In this document: one piece after another, positions 38,093 through 48,735 of the stretch | How the letters are laid out: every line of letters begins with the position of its first letter | Position numbering within the stretch: the first letter of the stretch is position 1 | IMG/VR virus record: IMGVR_UViG_3300017722_002103 | Span: 1-59,145 of that record | Origin: a virus | Lineage: Duplodnaviria > Caudoviricetes | Length of the DNA: 59,145 nt | Direction: 5' to 3' (one strand) | Program-made: the position numbers and the translations under genes | The notes under the pieces: model-generated | What the model saw: only the letters and a program-made list of their open reading frames with translations | Database searches by the model: none | Told to the model about the DNA's origin: nothing

Positions 38093-38377
38093 ATGGAAAA
38101 GACGAAGACGAAGACGACGACGAAGAAAAAAGCGACGAAGCCGGTTAAAAGCGACAAGCGCAATTTTCGGGACAACGCAATCACTCACGTTGCCATTCAC
38201 TTCGGAGGCATCAACGGGCTTGCACGCGCGATCGAGGAAGCTCCCAATACTGTGCAGTATTGGATTGAAGCCGGTCGCATCCCCGAAGCTCACGCGAAGA
38301 AGATCGTCGCCGCCATGAAGGCGCGTTGCGGCGAAGTCGTTCGCGCGGCGACTGTCGGGGAAGTGCTTAGGCCATGA
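38093..38377 (+). CDS. Cro/YdaS-like HTH regulator
   Basis: HFGGINGLARAI...PNTVQYW...GRIP; first gene of the rightward replication operon, divergent from DUF932. Confidence 0.7.
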   Translation: MEKTKTKTTTKKKATKPVKSDKRNFRDNAITHVAIHFGGINGLARAIEEAPNTVQYWIEAGRIPEAHAKKIVAAMKARCGEVVRAATVGEVLRP

Positions 38378-38988
38378 CAAAAAAGGCGCAAGCCAAGGCA
38401 ACCTCTCCCAATCAGGCAAAAGTTAAACCGGGCCGATTGACGCGCGCCGCGAATGCCGCGAAGCGTGTCGCATTGGGTACTACCGGGGCTTCGGGAGCCG
38501 TTGCATCGGGTCGCAAAGATAGCGGCGGGACGGCGTTGCCGTTGGCCGTCTCGCCGTTATCCCTTTTGATCCCTACGCCCCCCAGCATCGATCGCGCATT
38601 CGGCAATCAAGCCGGGCGCGGCAAAGGCAGGTATCCAACCGTCGCTTACAAGAATTGGCAGGCGTCCGCCCTATGGCGGATCGCCAGCCAGAACCCGACC
38701 CGTTTTGCCGGGCCGTGCGTGGTCCTAGCGAGCGTCGGACGCGCCTCCCTGTCCGCTGACATAGACAACCGCGCGAAGCTGTTGCTCGACGTCCTGACGG
38801 TCGCTGGCGTGTATCCTGACGACAGCATGGCGACGGGCATCGCCTTAGTTTGGGGGCCGATCGAAGCGACGCGTCGCGACGAAGAAACGCGCGTTCTTAT
38901 CCTGTCTGCGGAAGCGCCTTTCAGAATTCAGTTTCAACCGATCGGCGCGGGACGCGTCGGCGGATGGTTTTTAGAAGAGGAAGAGTGA
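38374..38988 (+). CDS. rusA: RusA-like Holliday junction resolvase
   Basis: PTPPS, YKNW and DIDNRAKLLLDVL..AGVYPDDS catalytic motifs. Confidence 0.8.
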   Translation: MTKKAQAKATSPNQAKVKPGRLTRAANAAKRVALGTTGASGAVASGRKDSGGTALPLAVSPLSLLIPTPPSIDRAFGNQAGRGKGRYPTVAYKNWQASALWRIASQNPTRFAGPCVVLASVGRASLSADIDNRAKLLLDVLTVAGVYPDDSMATGIALVWGPIEATRRDEETRVLILSAEAPFRIQFQPIGAGRVGGWFLEEEE

Positions 38989-38992
38989 AGCA

Positions 38993-39820
38993 ATGGCAAT
39001 CAGGTTCAACGAACTACGGCAGTCGTCAGCGGATACCCCGCCCCGCCTGTTGATCTATGGTCCCGAAGGGATCGGCAAGAATACTTTAGGCTTGGAATTC
39101 CCGTCGCCTTTTACTTTTGACTTCGAGCGCGGCACGCCTCCGGGCTGGCCCGTTGCGAACGATGAAGACGTCCCGAATTTTGCGACGCTGATGGAAGCGA
39201 TCGGCGATCTTTGCACGGAAGATCACGAGTTTAAGACGATCATCTTCGACAGTCTGGATCGCATCGAGGCGATGATATTCGACGATCTATGCCAGCAAGA
39301 AAATTGGGTTTCAATCGAGCAGCCCGGCTACGGCAAAGGCTACAAAATGGCGCTCGAAAAATGGCGCGAGTTTATCGCGGCGGTTCGCTACCTCAACCGG
39401 ACGCGCAACGTCTGCACGATCTTCATCGCGCATTCTGAAGCGTCGCGCTTCGACGATCCGACGACGTCGAGTTATTCCCGCTATGATTTGCGATTGAACG
39501 ACAAGGCGGGAGGCATAGTGAAAGACGATTGCGACGCGATCTTTTTTCTGAACATGCGCGTCAGCATCAAGGAACAGGAAGCGGGCATGAACAAGAAAAT
39601 CGCAAAGGCTTCCGGCGAGGCGCGCTTCATTTATACGGAAGCTCGCCCGTCATACGCCGCCAAAAATCGGTATGGCATCCCCGAAAGTTTTATGTATCAG
39701 AAAGGCAAGGGCTTCGACGTTCTGTCGGGCTACCTTCCCGCGATGGACACGCCGCCGACGCGCATCGATGTCGACGGCGTGGGCGAAGAAATCGCCGAAG
39801 AACAAGTCGCAGCCGAATAA
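38993..39820 (+). CDS. AAA_24 ATPase, Sak4-like single-strand annealing protein
   Basis: LLIYGPEGIGKNT, FKTIIFDSLD, GYGKGY, IAH and AKNRYG motifs; adjacent DUF669 SSB. Confidence 0.85.
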   Translation: MAIRFNELRQSSADTPPRLLIYGPEGIGKNTLGLEFPSPFTFDFERGTPPGWPVANDEDVPNFATLMEAIGDLCTEDHEFKTIIFDSLDRIEAMIFDDLCQQENWVSIEQPGYGKGYKMALEKWREFIAAVRYLNRTRNVCTIFIAHSEASRFDDPTTSSYSRYDLRLNDKAGGIVKDDCDAIFFLNMRVSIKEQEAGMNKKIAKASGEARFIYTEARPSYAAKNRYGIPESFMYQKGKGFDVLSGYLPAMDTPPTRIDVDGVGEEIAEEQVAAE

Positions 39821-39850
39821 CTTTTAACAGCAGCAAGAGGAACTAACACA

Positions 39851-40366
39851 ATGGCAAAGCTACCCGGTCAAGGGCTCGACGGAAACGAAGCCGAAGAGCG
39901 TCAGAGCTTCATCGATCCCGGCACGTATAATGTCGAGATCATCAATTCGAACGGAAAGGAAAACGAAAAGTCGGGCGTGTATCGCATCGGCTTGCAGCTT
40001 CAGGTTCTCGATGGGCCGAAAGCGAAGTCGACGTTCTGGCTTTCGTTCAATTATTTGCACCCCGGATCGGCGCAGGCTCAGGACATCAGCCAGAACCAAT
40101 TGCGCCTGATCGCCAAGGCGTGCGGCGTCGGGCTCTTCGAAGACACCGAAAGCCTGCATAACAAACCCTTCAGCGTCAGCGTGAAGACGTCCGAAAGCAA
40201 CGGATACACAAACAACGATATGACGTCGGCGCGCGAGTATGCGACGCCGGGAGGATCGGGCGCGAAGGGCGCGACAGCTTCATCGTCGAAGACATCGTCG
40301 AGCGCTCCCGCGAAGGCGACGGAGAAGGGCGGCGGCAAGCCTTGGGAAAAGAAAAAGGGGGCTTGA
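39851..40366 (+). CDS. DUF669 single-stranded DNA-binding protein
   Basis: PGTYNVEI, L..IAKACG and C-terminal KPW motifs. Confidence 0.8.
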   Translation: MAKLPGQGLDGNEAEERQSFIDPGTYNVEIINSNGKENEKSGVYRIGLQLQVLDGPKAKSTFWLSFNYLHPGSAQAQDISQNQLRLIAKACGVGLFEDTESLHNKPFSVSVKTSESNGYTNNDMTSAREYATPGGSGAKGATASSSKTSSSAPAKATEKGGGKPWEKKKGA

Positions 40367-40374
40367 GTTAGGTC

Positions 40375-41334
40375 GTGGTCGCCCTTCCTGAAAGCGTTTC
40401 AAAGACTGTCGCCGCGATCGATGCGGCGATCGAAGCCGATCAGGAAGGGCGTCACGGTTACCGCATCCCGGCAGGCGGCGCGGGCAATGCCTGTGACCGA
40501 AAGCTCTGGTATGATTTTCGATGGGCGACCATGCCCGAAGTTTTCGACGCTCAGAAGCTCCGAATTTTCGAGACGGGCAAAATATACGAAACGCGCCTGC
40601 TCGCCTACCTTCGGAAAAGCGGACAGGAAGTCGTCGAGTTTGACGGCGTGAAAGACGACGGGACGCCGAAGCAAATCGGCATCAGCTTCGCGCGCGGGCA
40701 TGGCTTCGGATATCTGGACGCAGAAACGTTCAACATTCCCGAAGCGCCGACCGTCTGGCATGTCGCCGAACTTAAGACGCACAAGGCCAAGTCTTTTGCC
40801 TATCTCTTGTCGCAGGGCGTGCGGAAGTCGAAGCCCGAACACTTCGCGCAATTCCAACTCTACATGCACAAGCGCGGGAGATCGCGGGCGCAATACGTGG
40901 CGGTCAACAAAGATACCGACGAAATAAAAACGTGGAGGTTCGATTACGATTTCGAATTTTGCGCGCAACTCGAAGCGCGATGCGAGCGGATCGCTTTCAG
41001 CGATTGGGCTCCCCCGCGCATCAGCGAGAAGCCGATTAACTTCCCGTGCGGGTTCTGTCGCCACGCCGACAAATGCCACGGAACGGAATGGCCCGAAATC
41101 AACTGCCGCACCTGTCTGCACGCGGACGTCCGCGATGAAGGGGTTTGGCATTGCGTGCGACACGCTGTTGACTTGTCGCGCGAAGATCAGAACCGGGGCT
41201 GCGGCTCCCATTTGTTTTTACCCGACCTTGTTCCCGGCGAGCAAATCGACGCCAATGAAGCGGGGGAATGGGTCGACTACATTTTACACGACGACGGCAA
41301 ACGCTGGCGCGATGAGGCAGGGGGCAAGGCATGA
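40375..41334 (+). CDS. Cas4-like PD-(D/E)XK exonuclease
   Basis: CDRKLWYDFRW, GYLD, ELKT, Q.QLYM and C-terminal CGFC...C, NCRTC Fe-S ligands. Confidence 0.85.
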   Translation: MVALPESVSKTVAAIDAAIEADQEGRHGYRIPAGGAGNACDRKLWYDFRWATMPEVFDAQKLRIFETGKIYETRLLAYLRKSGQEVVEFDGVKDDGTPKQIGISFARGHGFGYLDAETFNIPEAPTVWHVAELKTHKAKSFAYLLSQGVRKSKPEHFAQFQLYMHKRGRSRAQYVAVNKDTDEIKTWRFDYDFEFCAQLEARCERIAFSDWAPPRISEKPINFPCGFCRHADKCHGTEWPEINCRTCLHADVRDEGVWHCVRHAVDLSREDQNRGCGSHLFLPDLVPGEQIDANEAGEWVDYILHDDGKRWRDEAGGKA

Positions 41335-41594
41335 GTGTAGAAAAATTCGCCGACTTCGTTCGCGGTATGACGCGGCTCGACGGGCAACGATTGCGGGACG
41401 CGATCGGCGACGACAACGTCCAGAGGTTCGCCGACCTTCTCGGGGTCGACATCGAAGACCGGGAAGAGCGCAAAGATTATGAGGCGATCGCCGACGCAGC
41501 GATGAAGCGTTGTCGCGAACTCGAAACCGAAAACAAGAGGCTTCGCAAGCAACTTGCCGAGCCTGTCGGCGCGAAGGCGAGGGCCGCAGAATGA
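41331..41594 (+). CDS. hypothetical protein
   Basis: Overlaps both neighbours by ATGA. Confidence 0.6.
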   Translation: MSVEKFADFVRGMTRLDGQRLRDAIGDDNVQRFADLLGVDIEDREERKDYEAIADAAMKRCRELETENKRLRKQLAEPVGAKARAAE

Positions 41595-43459
41595 AGCTTC
41601 GAGATTATCAGCGCGGCGCGGTCGACGCGATCTTCGATTATTGGGGCAATGGCGGCGAAGCCGCAGGGAACCCGCTCGTCAACATGGCGACGGGGCTTGG
41701 AAAGTCGGCGACTGTCGGCGAGGTCGCGCGCATCTTGTGCGAAGACTATTCCGACCTTCGCGTGCTGATGCTGGTTCACGTTCGCGAACTTGTATCGCAG
41801 AACTTCGAAACGCTTTTGAGAATTTGGCCGAGCGCTCCCGTTGGCATCTATTCGGCTGGTTTGGGTAAGCGCCAGCTTGGACGGCGCATCACTTACGCGG
41901 GCATTCAGTCGGTCTATGGCAAGGGCGACAGCCTAGGGCCGATCGATGTCGTGCTTGTCGACGAAGCGCACCTGATCCCGCCCGGCAGCGAAGGCATGTA
42001 TCGGACACTCTTCGACGCGTTGCGAAAGTATCGCCCGAACATGCGCGTCGTCGGCTTCACTGCGACGCCGTATCGAACCGGAAGCGGGCGACTTGATCAG
42101 GGACCGGGGCGGCTCTTCGATGAAGTCGTTTTCAATTACAACGTGGGCGACGGCGTTCGCGACGGCTGGCTTGCGCCCCTGTCCGGTTATAAGGGGGCCG
42201 TTGAATTCGACGTCACCGGCATCGGCAAGCGCGGCGGCGAATTCATTCAGTCGGAACTGGACGACGCCTTCAACGCGCAAGAGGCGGTGTTGCAGAAAGC
42301 CTGCGACGAAATCGTCGTCGCCGGGGCCGATCGCCGGTCATGGCTCTTGTTCGGATCGGGCGTGAAGCACGCGTTCAGGATCGCCGAATGTCTTCGCGAG
42401 CGCGGGATAACGAACGTCGAAACGGTTACGGGCGACACGCCGAAGGATGAGCGCGACAAGCTGATCGCGGCTTGCAAGCGCGGCGACATTCACCTGACGA
42501 ATGCAAACGTTCTGACGACAGGTTTTGACGCCCCCGGCATCGATCTGATCTGCCTGCTACGCTCGACCCTCTCGACCGTCCTGTATGTTCAAATGATGGG
42601 GCGAGGGACGCGCGCTGATGGCGTTGATCTGAACTCGCTACCGGATGCAGCGGCGAGGCGCGCGGCGATCGCAGCGTCGCGCAAGCCCGACTGTCGAATA
42701 CTGGATTACGGCGGCAACATCCGTCGACACGGTCCGGTCGACGCGATCTGGATCAAGCGCAAGGAAGAAACGACAGGCGACGACGAAGCGAAGGTCAGCG
42801 TTCAGAGCGTCAGGGCTCGCGAATGCCCGTCGTGCGAGCAACTGATACCGGCGCAATCCGTGATCTGCCCGATGTGCGGATACGAAGACCCGGCGATGAT
42901 CAAGCCGAAGCACAAAGCGGAAGCGGAGAGGGATATAAACCCGCTCGCGATGAACGCGCCGAAGATCGAACCGCAGCGCGCTAACGTCATGGCGTGGTCG
43001 TTCAAGTCTCACACGAAGTATGGGGCCGATCCGGCGACGACGCCGCCGACATTGCGCGTCGACTTCATGGCGGGCATGTCGAAGGTTAGCGAATACCTCG
43101 CCTTGCAGCACGACGGGCCGGGGCGCGCGCGGGCGGTCAAGTGGTGGACGACGCACGGCGGCGAGACGCCAGCGCCAGCGACCGTCGAAGACGCGCTGAC
43201 GCGGATCGGCGAGCTTCGCAAGCCGCTCGAAATTGTCGTCGAGCGCGACGCGAATAATTACTTGCGGATTATCGATCGCGCCTTCGTTGAAACGGGAAAG
43301 CCGATCGCGGTCGGGCTTCCTGACAAGACGAAGGGCAGGCCGTCGAAGCCGAAGCCGATCGTCGCGAAAGAGCTTCACGACACAGTCAGGAAGGAACTCG
43401 AAGCGGCATTGCCGAAGCAATACTTTCGCGCCGAATTCGACGACGACATTCCATTTTGA
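41591..43459 (+). CDS. SF2 DEAH helicase (RadD/YejH-like) with Zn finger
   Basis: LRDYQ, ATGLGKS, DEAH, TATP, LTTGFDAP, QMMGRGTR, CPSC..CPMC; ends DDDIPF. Confidence 0.92.
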   Translation: MKLRDYQRGAVDAIFDYWGNGGEAAGNPLVNMATGLGKSATVGEVARILCEDYSDLRVLMLVHVRELVSQNFETLLRIWPSAPVGIYSAGLGKRQLGRRITYAGIQSVYGKGDSLGPIDVVLVDEAHLIPPGSEGMYRTLFDALRKYRPNMRVVGFTATPYRTGSGRLDQGPGRLFDEVVFNYNVGDGVRDGWLAPLSGYKGAVEFDVTGIGKRGGEFIQSELDDAFNAQEAVLQKACDEIVVAGADRRSWLLFGSGVKHAFRIAECLRERGITNVETVTGDTPKDERDKLIAACKRGDIHLTNANVLTTGFDAPGIDLICLLRSTLSTVLYVQMMGRGTRADGVDLNSLPDAAARRAAIAASRKPDCRILDYGGNIRRHGPVDAIWIKRKEETTGDDEAKVSVQSVRARECPSCEQLIPAQSVICPMCGYEDPAMIKPKHKAEAERDINPLAMNAPKIEPQRANVMAWSFKSHTKYGADPATTPPTLRVDFMAGMSKVSEYLALQHDGPGRARAVKWWTTHGGETPAPATVEDALTRIGELRKPLEIVVERDANNYLRIIDRAFVETGKPIAVGLPDKTKGRPSKPKPIVAKELHDTVRKELEAALPKQYFRAEFDDDIPF

Positions 43460-43474
43460 GAGGCGGGGCTCGCA

Positions 43475-43753
43475 ATGATTTATCACAAGGTCGACGACGC
43501 AAGTCGGGCGGTGCAGGCAATGCAGCTTCCCGATCTTTGGGACATCGAAGGGCGGACGTCGTTATCGTTCTGGCTTCAGTCGATCATCGGACGTCGTCAA
43601 TTCAAGTGGACCGGGCGCGATATCACCTTCGCGGTAACGCGATGGAAGCCCGGCGATTGGATCGTCGCCGAAGTCGACACGAACACCGGCGATATGATTT
43701 TCGCAGCATGGGAAGGCGCTGAATTCGGCGAAGCCTTCACGCGGGTCGGCTGA
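43475..43753 (+). CDS. hypothetical protein
   Basis: ORF in operon context. Confidence 0.6.
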   Translation: MIYHKVDDASRAVQAMQLPDLWDIEGRTSLSFWLQSIIGRRQFKWTGRDITFAVTRWKPGDWIVAEVDTNTGDMIFAAWEGAEFGEAFTRVG

Positions 43754-44292
43754 TGGCAAAGCGGCGGCGGAAGAAACGGACAGGGCCGAAGCGCGTCACG
43801 AAATGGACGGCGGAAGAGAAGGCGGCTTGGCTGGATTTCTTGCAGGGCCGATCGTGGTTCCCGCCTAATCACCGATCGATCGCATCCGTCGTCGCGCGCC
43901 TTCGCGGCTTCGAGGGGACGCGCCGCGCGAAGTCGGCGTCGATCGCCCCGAAGCTCGAAGACCTTCCCGAACACGTTCGCCACGCCGCAGGCGTCACGGC
44001 TCTTGCGATGCTTCGCGACCTTCCGCACAAGCGCGAAAATCAGCTTCGCGAATTGTCTGAAGCGATCTGCCGGATCGCGTGCGGGGACGTCGGCTTCATC
44101 GTCAGTGTCGAGACTACGGAAAGTAATTCGAAGCCGATCGACCCCGCCCCGGACTTGTTCGGACTTCCTAGGACTTCCCCGCAACGCCTCGCAATCTTCG
44201 ATCTGCCCGACGACGCATTGCACGCGATCGTCATTTCGACCCGGATTGCGATCCGTGCTGCATACGAACGCGGGGCGCGCAAGCGGGCTTAG
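43753..44292 (+). CDS. hypothetical basic protein
   Basis: TGATG coupling with the previous gene. Confidence 0.55.
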   Translation: MAKRRRKKRTGPKRVTKWTAEEKAAWLDFLQGRSWFPPNHRSIASVVARLRGFEGTRRAKSASIAPKLEDLPEHVRHAAGVTALAMLRDLPHKRENQLRELSEAICRIACGDVGFIVSVETTESNSKPIDPAPDLFGLPRTSPQRLAIFDLPDDALHAIVISTRIAIRAAYERGARKRA

Positions 44293-44366
44293 TCTGTGAG
44301 TATCTTTCGCGCCTGATGGACAGGGCGCGCGGGTCGATATTCAGTCACAAAAAAGGAAGCTCAAAA

Positions 44367-44774
44367 ATGGCGAAGCCAAGTCGCGCCGCGACGATCGACG
44401 AATACAAGCGCTTACCGGAAGAAGCGCAGATGGCGCTCCCGTTCGCAGCGGGCAACGTTCCGGCGAGCGCTTGGCCGGAAGCGGTCTTGTCGGCTGGCGT
44501 GTCGTGGGGGTTCATTATCACGAACGGCGACAGCGTAGCGCTAACACGCTTCGGGTCGGACATGCTCGACGCCGTGATTTTGTATAAGGACGAACTCGCC
44601 GCCGCGATGGAAGCAGACTGCCGCATGGCAGGCGGCGCGGCGGGCGGCGCGTATCTGGACAAGATTGATATCTCCGACATGGCGAAGTTGTCGGGCGAGC
44701 AATGGGACGAATTCGTCAAGCGGGTTTGCGACGCGTATCTGTCGGCTCGCATCAAGGCGGCGGTTCGGAAATGA
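44367..44774 (+). CDS. hypothetical protein (DUF6511-like C-terminus)
   Basis: AGGAAGGAYLDKI...DMAKLS.EQW.EF motif, commonly upstream of primases; AGGAAGCTC RBS. Confidence 0.6.
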   Translation: MAKPSRAATIDEYKRLPEEAQMALPFAAGNVPASAWPEAVLSAGVSWGFIITNGDSVALTRFGSDMLDAVILYKDELAAAMEADCRMAGGAAGGAYLDKIDISDMAKLSGEQWDEFVKRVCDAYLSARIKAAVRK

Positions 44775-47317
44775 GCGCGCCGAAAACCTCACCGCTTACC
44801 GACGCCGTCGGCGACTTCCTGTCGCTTGGCTATCATGTCGTCCCGATCATGCCGAACCAGAAGAGGCCGGGCGAGTATGTCGCCGGGCGCTGGAAAGCGA
44901 TGGACAGTTGGCAGCGCTACAGGCTGCACAAGCCAACGCCCTTCGAGCTAGGCAATTGGGCGAAGTGGCCCGACGCGAATATCGGCATCGTCCTAGGATC
45001 GCCGACCGGCGACGGGACGGTTTTGATCGCGATCGATCTGGACATGCGCGACCGGGCGCAAGTCGCGAAGGTCGTCGCAGCGCTCCCGAAAACGCCGATG
45101 TCGAAGACAGGCGCGAAGGGCGAAACGCTGTTCTTCCGCGCGTCGCCCGATGTGAAGACCCGCGTCTTCGATAAGGTTCTCGACGATCTTGACGACAAGG
45201 GCCGCAGGAAGCGCGAGAGGCTCGCCGACTTTTTGACGGGCAATCAAACGCGCCAGACGGTCGCGCCGCCTTCGCAACATCCTGACGGCTTCGCGTACCG
45301 CTGGCTACGCGGTCCCGTTCCCGCGACCGATCTTCCGTTATTCGACGACGCCGCCCTTCTGAAATTCGAAGCGGCGATGAGGGCGCTTGGCTGGTCTAGC
45401 GATCCGCAGGCGAGCGCACCGGCTGGCGTCACGCGATCGGCAAAGCCGAAGCCGGAACCGGCGACGGCGAACGTTATCGACTTTTCGTCGAGCGTGCATA
45501 AGCAACTCAACGCCGCAGCCCTGTCCGCTCTGGATGATTGGGTTCCCGAGCTTGATCTTTACAAATGCCAGAAGGCGCGCGGCGGATATGAGGCGGTCGC
45601 GACGTGGCGTCCGTCGTCGACAGGACAGCCCGACGAAAAGCGCAAACGAAACCTCTCCATTCAACCGAACGGTATCGAGGATTTCGGGGCGGCTCAAAAG
45701 TATAGCCCGATCGATCTGGTAATGTGCTGCAAGGGGCTGACGTTCAACGAGGCTTATAACTGGCTGCGGTTCTACATCACGCCGCCGAACGATACGGGCG
45801 TCGTGCTGGCGTTCGATCCGTCGCGGGCTCCCAAGTCAGCCGGGGCGGGCGATCGCGATCCTGCCCCCATAGAAATCGATCCTAGCCCTATTTCTGGCGA
45901 CGCAATTCCCCCGCCCGTTCGATCCGTCGATATGGCTCCCGCGTTCTTCGATGCGGATGTCGGCTTAGTCGAATGGCCCGACGAACTATGTTTCGGCGGC
46001 GGGCTGGTCGGGCAGATAGCGCAATGGATCACGGACACGGCGTCGGCTCCCTCGCCGATCCTGTCTTATGGGGCGGCGCTGACGATGGTCGGCACGGTCG
46101 CCGGGCGACAGTTTCAAAGCCCGACCGGAACCGGGACGCATTTGTATACGATCGGGGCCGCGCCGACCGGGGTCGGAAAGGATCACCCGTTGAAGTGTAT
46201 CAGCATTGCGTTGCACGACGCCGGGATGTCGAACCTAGTCGGCTCGCCTGACTTTACCGCCGACAGCGCCGTTATGCGGACGCTTCTGGAGCAACCGGCG
46301 AGCGTGTCCCTGATGGACGAATTCGGCTCATTCTGGAAACGGATCAACGGCAAGAAGAGCGGGACATGGGAAACCGCGATCACGCGCGCGTTGCGTGAGG
46401 CGTGGGGCCGATCGTTCGCGCTGATGCGGACGAAGCAGTACTCAGGCGCGGGGCCGTCGTCGCAAGACATATGGTGGCCCGCGTTGAGCATCTTTGGCGT
46501 GACGACGCCGGGCGAACTCTTCGCGCACCTGTCCGCCGCCGACGTCGAAAACGGGATGGTCAACCGCTTTCTGTTGCTCGCGACAGGGCGACGGATGACG
46601 GACAGGCGCACGCGCGATGAAATGAAAAAAGCTTACTTCTCTCGCGCGGCGGTCAACATGAAGACGCCGCAGATGATCGTTGAGGGCTTGCAGGCAATAC
46701 GCGATTGGCAAGGGCCGATCATGGGGCCGCAATTCTATTGGCCGTCTCCCGCGCGCCCGACGAACCCGACGATCGATTGCACGATCGCCGACGACGCCGC
46801 CGAGCTTCTCTTCTCCTATCGAATGTGGGCGATGGAGCGGTCGGCGGAAGACGAACAATTCGGACGCTTCTATTCGCGAGCGGCGGAAAGCGCGCAACGC
46901 GTCGCGCTCATTCACGCGATCGGGCGATCGGCAATGCGCGCGCATCGTGACAAGACCCCGCCGCAGATTGAGCACGCCGACGTCGAGCACGCCGTCAGGC
47001 TTATCGATTGGTCACTTCGAACGATGTGGCTTCGGATTTCTGCGCAGGAAGCGCCGGTCACTCTTCGCGATACGGTTCAAGCGATCTTCCGCGCGATCGA
47101 TCGTCGCGGCGGGCAGGCGTCGCGATCCGAACTCAGGCAGAGCTTGCACGGGTCGGCGCGTCGCGAACTCGAAGAGGCGATCGAAGAACTCGAAGAGGCT
47201 GGATACATCGACAGCGTGTCGACGCGCGAAAGCCCGAAGTCGAAAAAGGTTCTGACGGTTTATAAAATTTTACGTCGCCCATCGTGGGCGGAAACGAGAG
47301 GGGCGGAAAATGGCTAG
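44771..47317 (+). CDS. bifunctional primase-polymerase fused to a DUF3987-type helicase/ATPase
   Basis: N-terminal LGY.VVPI, ANIGIVLG, AIDLD, QTVAPPSQHPDG.Y.W; C-terminal Walker A APTGVGKD and Walker B MDEFG. Confidence 0.88.
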   Translation: MSAPKTSPLTDAVGDFLSLGYHVVPIMPNQKRPGEYVAGRWKAMDSWQRYRLHKPTPFELGNWAKWPDANIGIVLGSPTGDGTVLIAIDLDMRDRAQVAKVVAALPKTPMSKTGAKGETLFFRASPDVKTRVFDKVLDDLDDKGRRKRERLADFLTGNQTRQTVAPPSQHPDGFAYRWLRGPVPATDLPLFDDAALLKFEAAMRALGWSSDPQASAPAGVTRSAKPKPEPATANVIDFSSSVHKQLNAAALSALDDWVPELDLYKCQKARGGYEAVATWRPSSTGQPDEKRKRNLSIQPNGIEDFGAAQKYSPIDLVMCCKGLTFNEAYNWLRFYITPPNDTGVVLAFDPSRAPKSAGAGDRDPAPIEIDPSPISGDAIPPPVRSVDMAPAFFDADVGLVEWPDELCFGGGLVGQIAQWITDTASAPSPILSYGAALTMVGTVAGRQFQSPTGTGTHLYTIGAAPTGVGKDHPLKCISIALHDAGMSNLVGSPDFTADSAVMRTLLEQPASVSLMDEFGSFWKRINGKKSGTWETAITRALREAWGRSFALMRTKQYSGAGPSSQDIWWPALSIFGVTTPGELFAHLSAADVENGMVNRFLLLATGRRMTDRRTRDEMKKAYFSRAAVNMKTPQMIVEGLQAIRDWQGPIMGPQFYWPSPARPTNPTIDCTIADDAAELLFSYRMWAMERSAEDEQFGRFYSRAAESAQRVALIHAIGRSAMRAHRDKTPPQIEHADVEHAVRLIDWSLRTMWLRISAQEAPVTLRDTVQAIFRAIDRRGGQASRSELRQSLHGSARRELEEAIEELEEAGYIDSVSTRESPKSKKVLTVYKILRRPSWAETRGAENG

Positions 47318-48125
47318 GGCGACGAAGGCGAGTATGATCGACGTCGAGACGGGGAAGAAAATCGCGTCGGTCGAAATCCGCAAGCGTGGCGCTTCTAGGG
47401 CGAAAGCCGCGAAGGGAAAACAATCCACTGCAAAAGATTGTGGAAACGTTTCGCCGACAAAAAGTGAGCGAAACAGAAACCCGAAAAAAAAGTCGGCGCG
47501 GTCAACACCCGCGCCGCCGAAGTCGGCAACTGATGCACCGGAGAAACGAAAAGATAAACAGGCCGAGACGCCGCAGCCGGTCGGCGCGCGAATGGCGATC
47601 GACACGCCGCTTTCCGAACTTGTTTCGATCATCGCCCCGCCCCGGATCGCCTTTGGCAAGCATCGCGGCAAGACATGGCAGGATGTGCCGCGCGAGTACC
47701 TTCAATGGATGGTCGACAATGGTCACACGGCGGTCGCTGATGCGCGCGCCGAACTAAGCCGCAGGGATGCGCCCCCGCCGATCGCAATCGTTATAGCGCC
47801 CGCTGCAATCGACGAAGCATCGCTGAAGCTTCGCGACTATTGGGACGCGAACCGGGGGACATGGGAGGGCTTGCATAGCTGGCTGACAAAGCTCGCGACG
47901 GAAGCGTTTCGATCGGTCGACTTTTGGCGCGCTCTGGAAGCCGATAGCCCGGTCGAATTCAAAGGCATCCTTTTCGAATTCAGCGCCAACGTAAACGGCG
48001 CGATCAATCTCGACGCGATACGCAATCCGAAAGCGGGCATTGCGTGGCGCAGCGATGCGCGCGCCGGGATGGCGCGCGCCGATCATGCGGACAGGCAGCG
48101 AGACAAGGGGCGCGGCGTATGGTGA
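47310..48125 (+). CDS. protein with Lys-rich N-terminus and DUF3820-like domain
   Basis: IAFGKHRGKTWQDVPREYLQWM motif. Confidence 0.7.
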   Translation: MARATKASMIDVETGKKIASVEIRKRGASRAKAAKGKQSTAKDCGNVSPTKSERNRNPKKKSARSTPAPPKSATDAPEKRKDKQAETPQPVGARMAIDTPLSELVSIIAPPRIAFGKHRGKTWQDVPREYLQWMVDNGHTAVADARAELSRRDAPPPIAIVIAPAAIDEASLKLRDYWDANRGTWEGLHSWLTKLATEAFRSVDFWRALEADSPVEFKGILFEFSANVNGAINLDAIRNPKAGIAWRSDARAGMARADHADRQRDKGRGVW

Positions 48126-48403
48126 CGGATGTCCTGTCGCCCGAAGAGCTTGCGACTTATGCCGAGCGCCGGGCGGTCTTTCACGCGCTCGAAAAAGCGG
48201 TCGATGACGGAACCGGGCTTATGATGCTTCGACAGGTCGTCGCGCATCCGCTCAACGTCGGGCCGGTCGAAACGGTTCTGATCTTCTATCATGTCGCCGA
48301 TCGATCCGACGCGCCTTGGCCTGCGACGGATTGCGGAACGTTCTTTCACCCGCGCGAAGTCGCGGATTGTATGGCTGATGCATGGGGGCCGTGGGTAGGA
48401 TGA
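48119..48403 (+). CDS. hypothetical protein
   Basis: ORF in operon context, ATG 48119. Confidence 0.55.
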   Translation: MVTDVLSPEELATYAERRAVFHALEKAVDDGTGLMMLRQVVAHPLNVGPVETVLIFYHVADRSDAPWPATDCGTFFHPREVADCMADAWGPWVG

Positions 48404-48735
48404 TAAAGATCGATCCGATTGAACGCCGCGCCGAATGCCACGACGCATTGCGCGCCGCTGTCCGGGCTGTCGCGCGAAAGGCCGACGCCGACGCGCATCC
48501 GAACGAATGGGCCGACGCCATAATCGAGCATATGGAGGCGAGAGGATTTCGCGTTCATCATCGCCGAACCTTCAACGTCAGGCGATCAAGCGAGCGAAGA
48601 GGCAAGCCGACCGAAAGGCAAATTCGCGAGGTTCATCGCCTCTGGAAAACCGGGAAGTATGACTATCAGGAAATAGCAAACCGAACCGGACTGACGACGG
48701 CTGACGTTAGCTGGATCAAGGGGGCCAAGCGATGA
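48400..48735 (+). CDS. protein with C-terminal HTH
   Basis: TERQIREVHRLWKTGKYDYQEIANRTGLTTADVSWI. Confidence 0.65.
   Translation: MIKIDPIERRAECHDALRAAVRAVARKADADAHPNEWADAIIEHMEARGFRVHHRRTFNVRRSSERRGKPTERQIREVHRLWKTGKYDYQEIANRTGLTTADVSWIKGAKR

Noticed and set aside
34336-38377. Lysogeny module (integrase/CI) at the strand switch
   Set aside because: No tyrosine or serine recombinase, ParA or S24-peptidase repressor motif was recognised; only a Cro-like HTH
40375-41334. Cas4-like gene as part of a CRISPR-Cas system
   Set aside because: It lies in the standard Sak4-SSB-nuclease-helicase recombination module, with no cas1/cas2 or array
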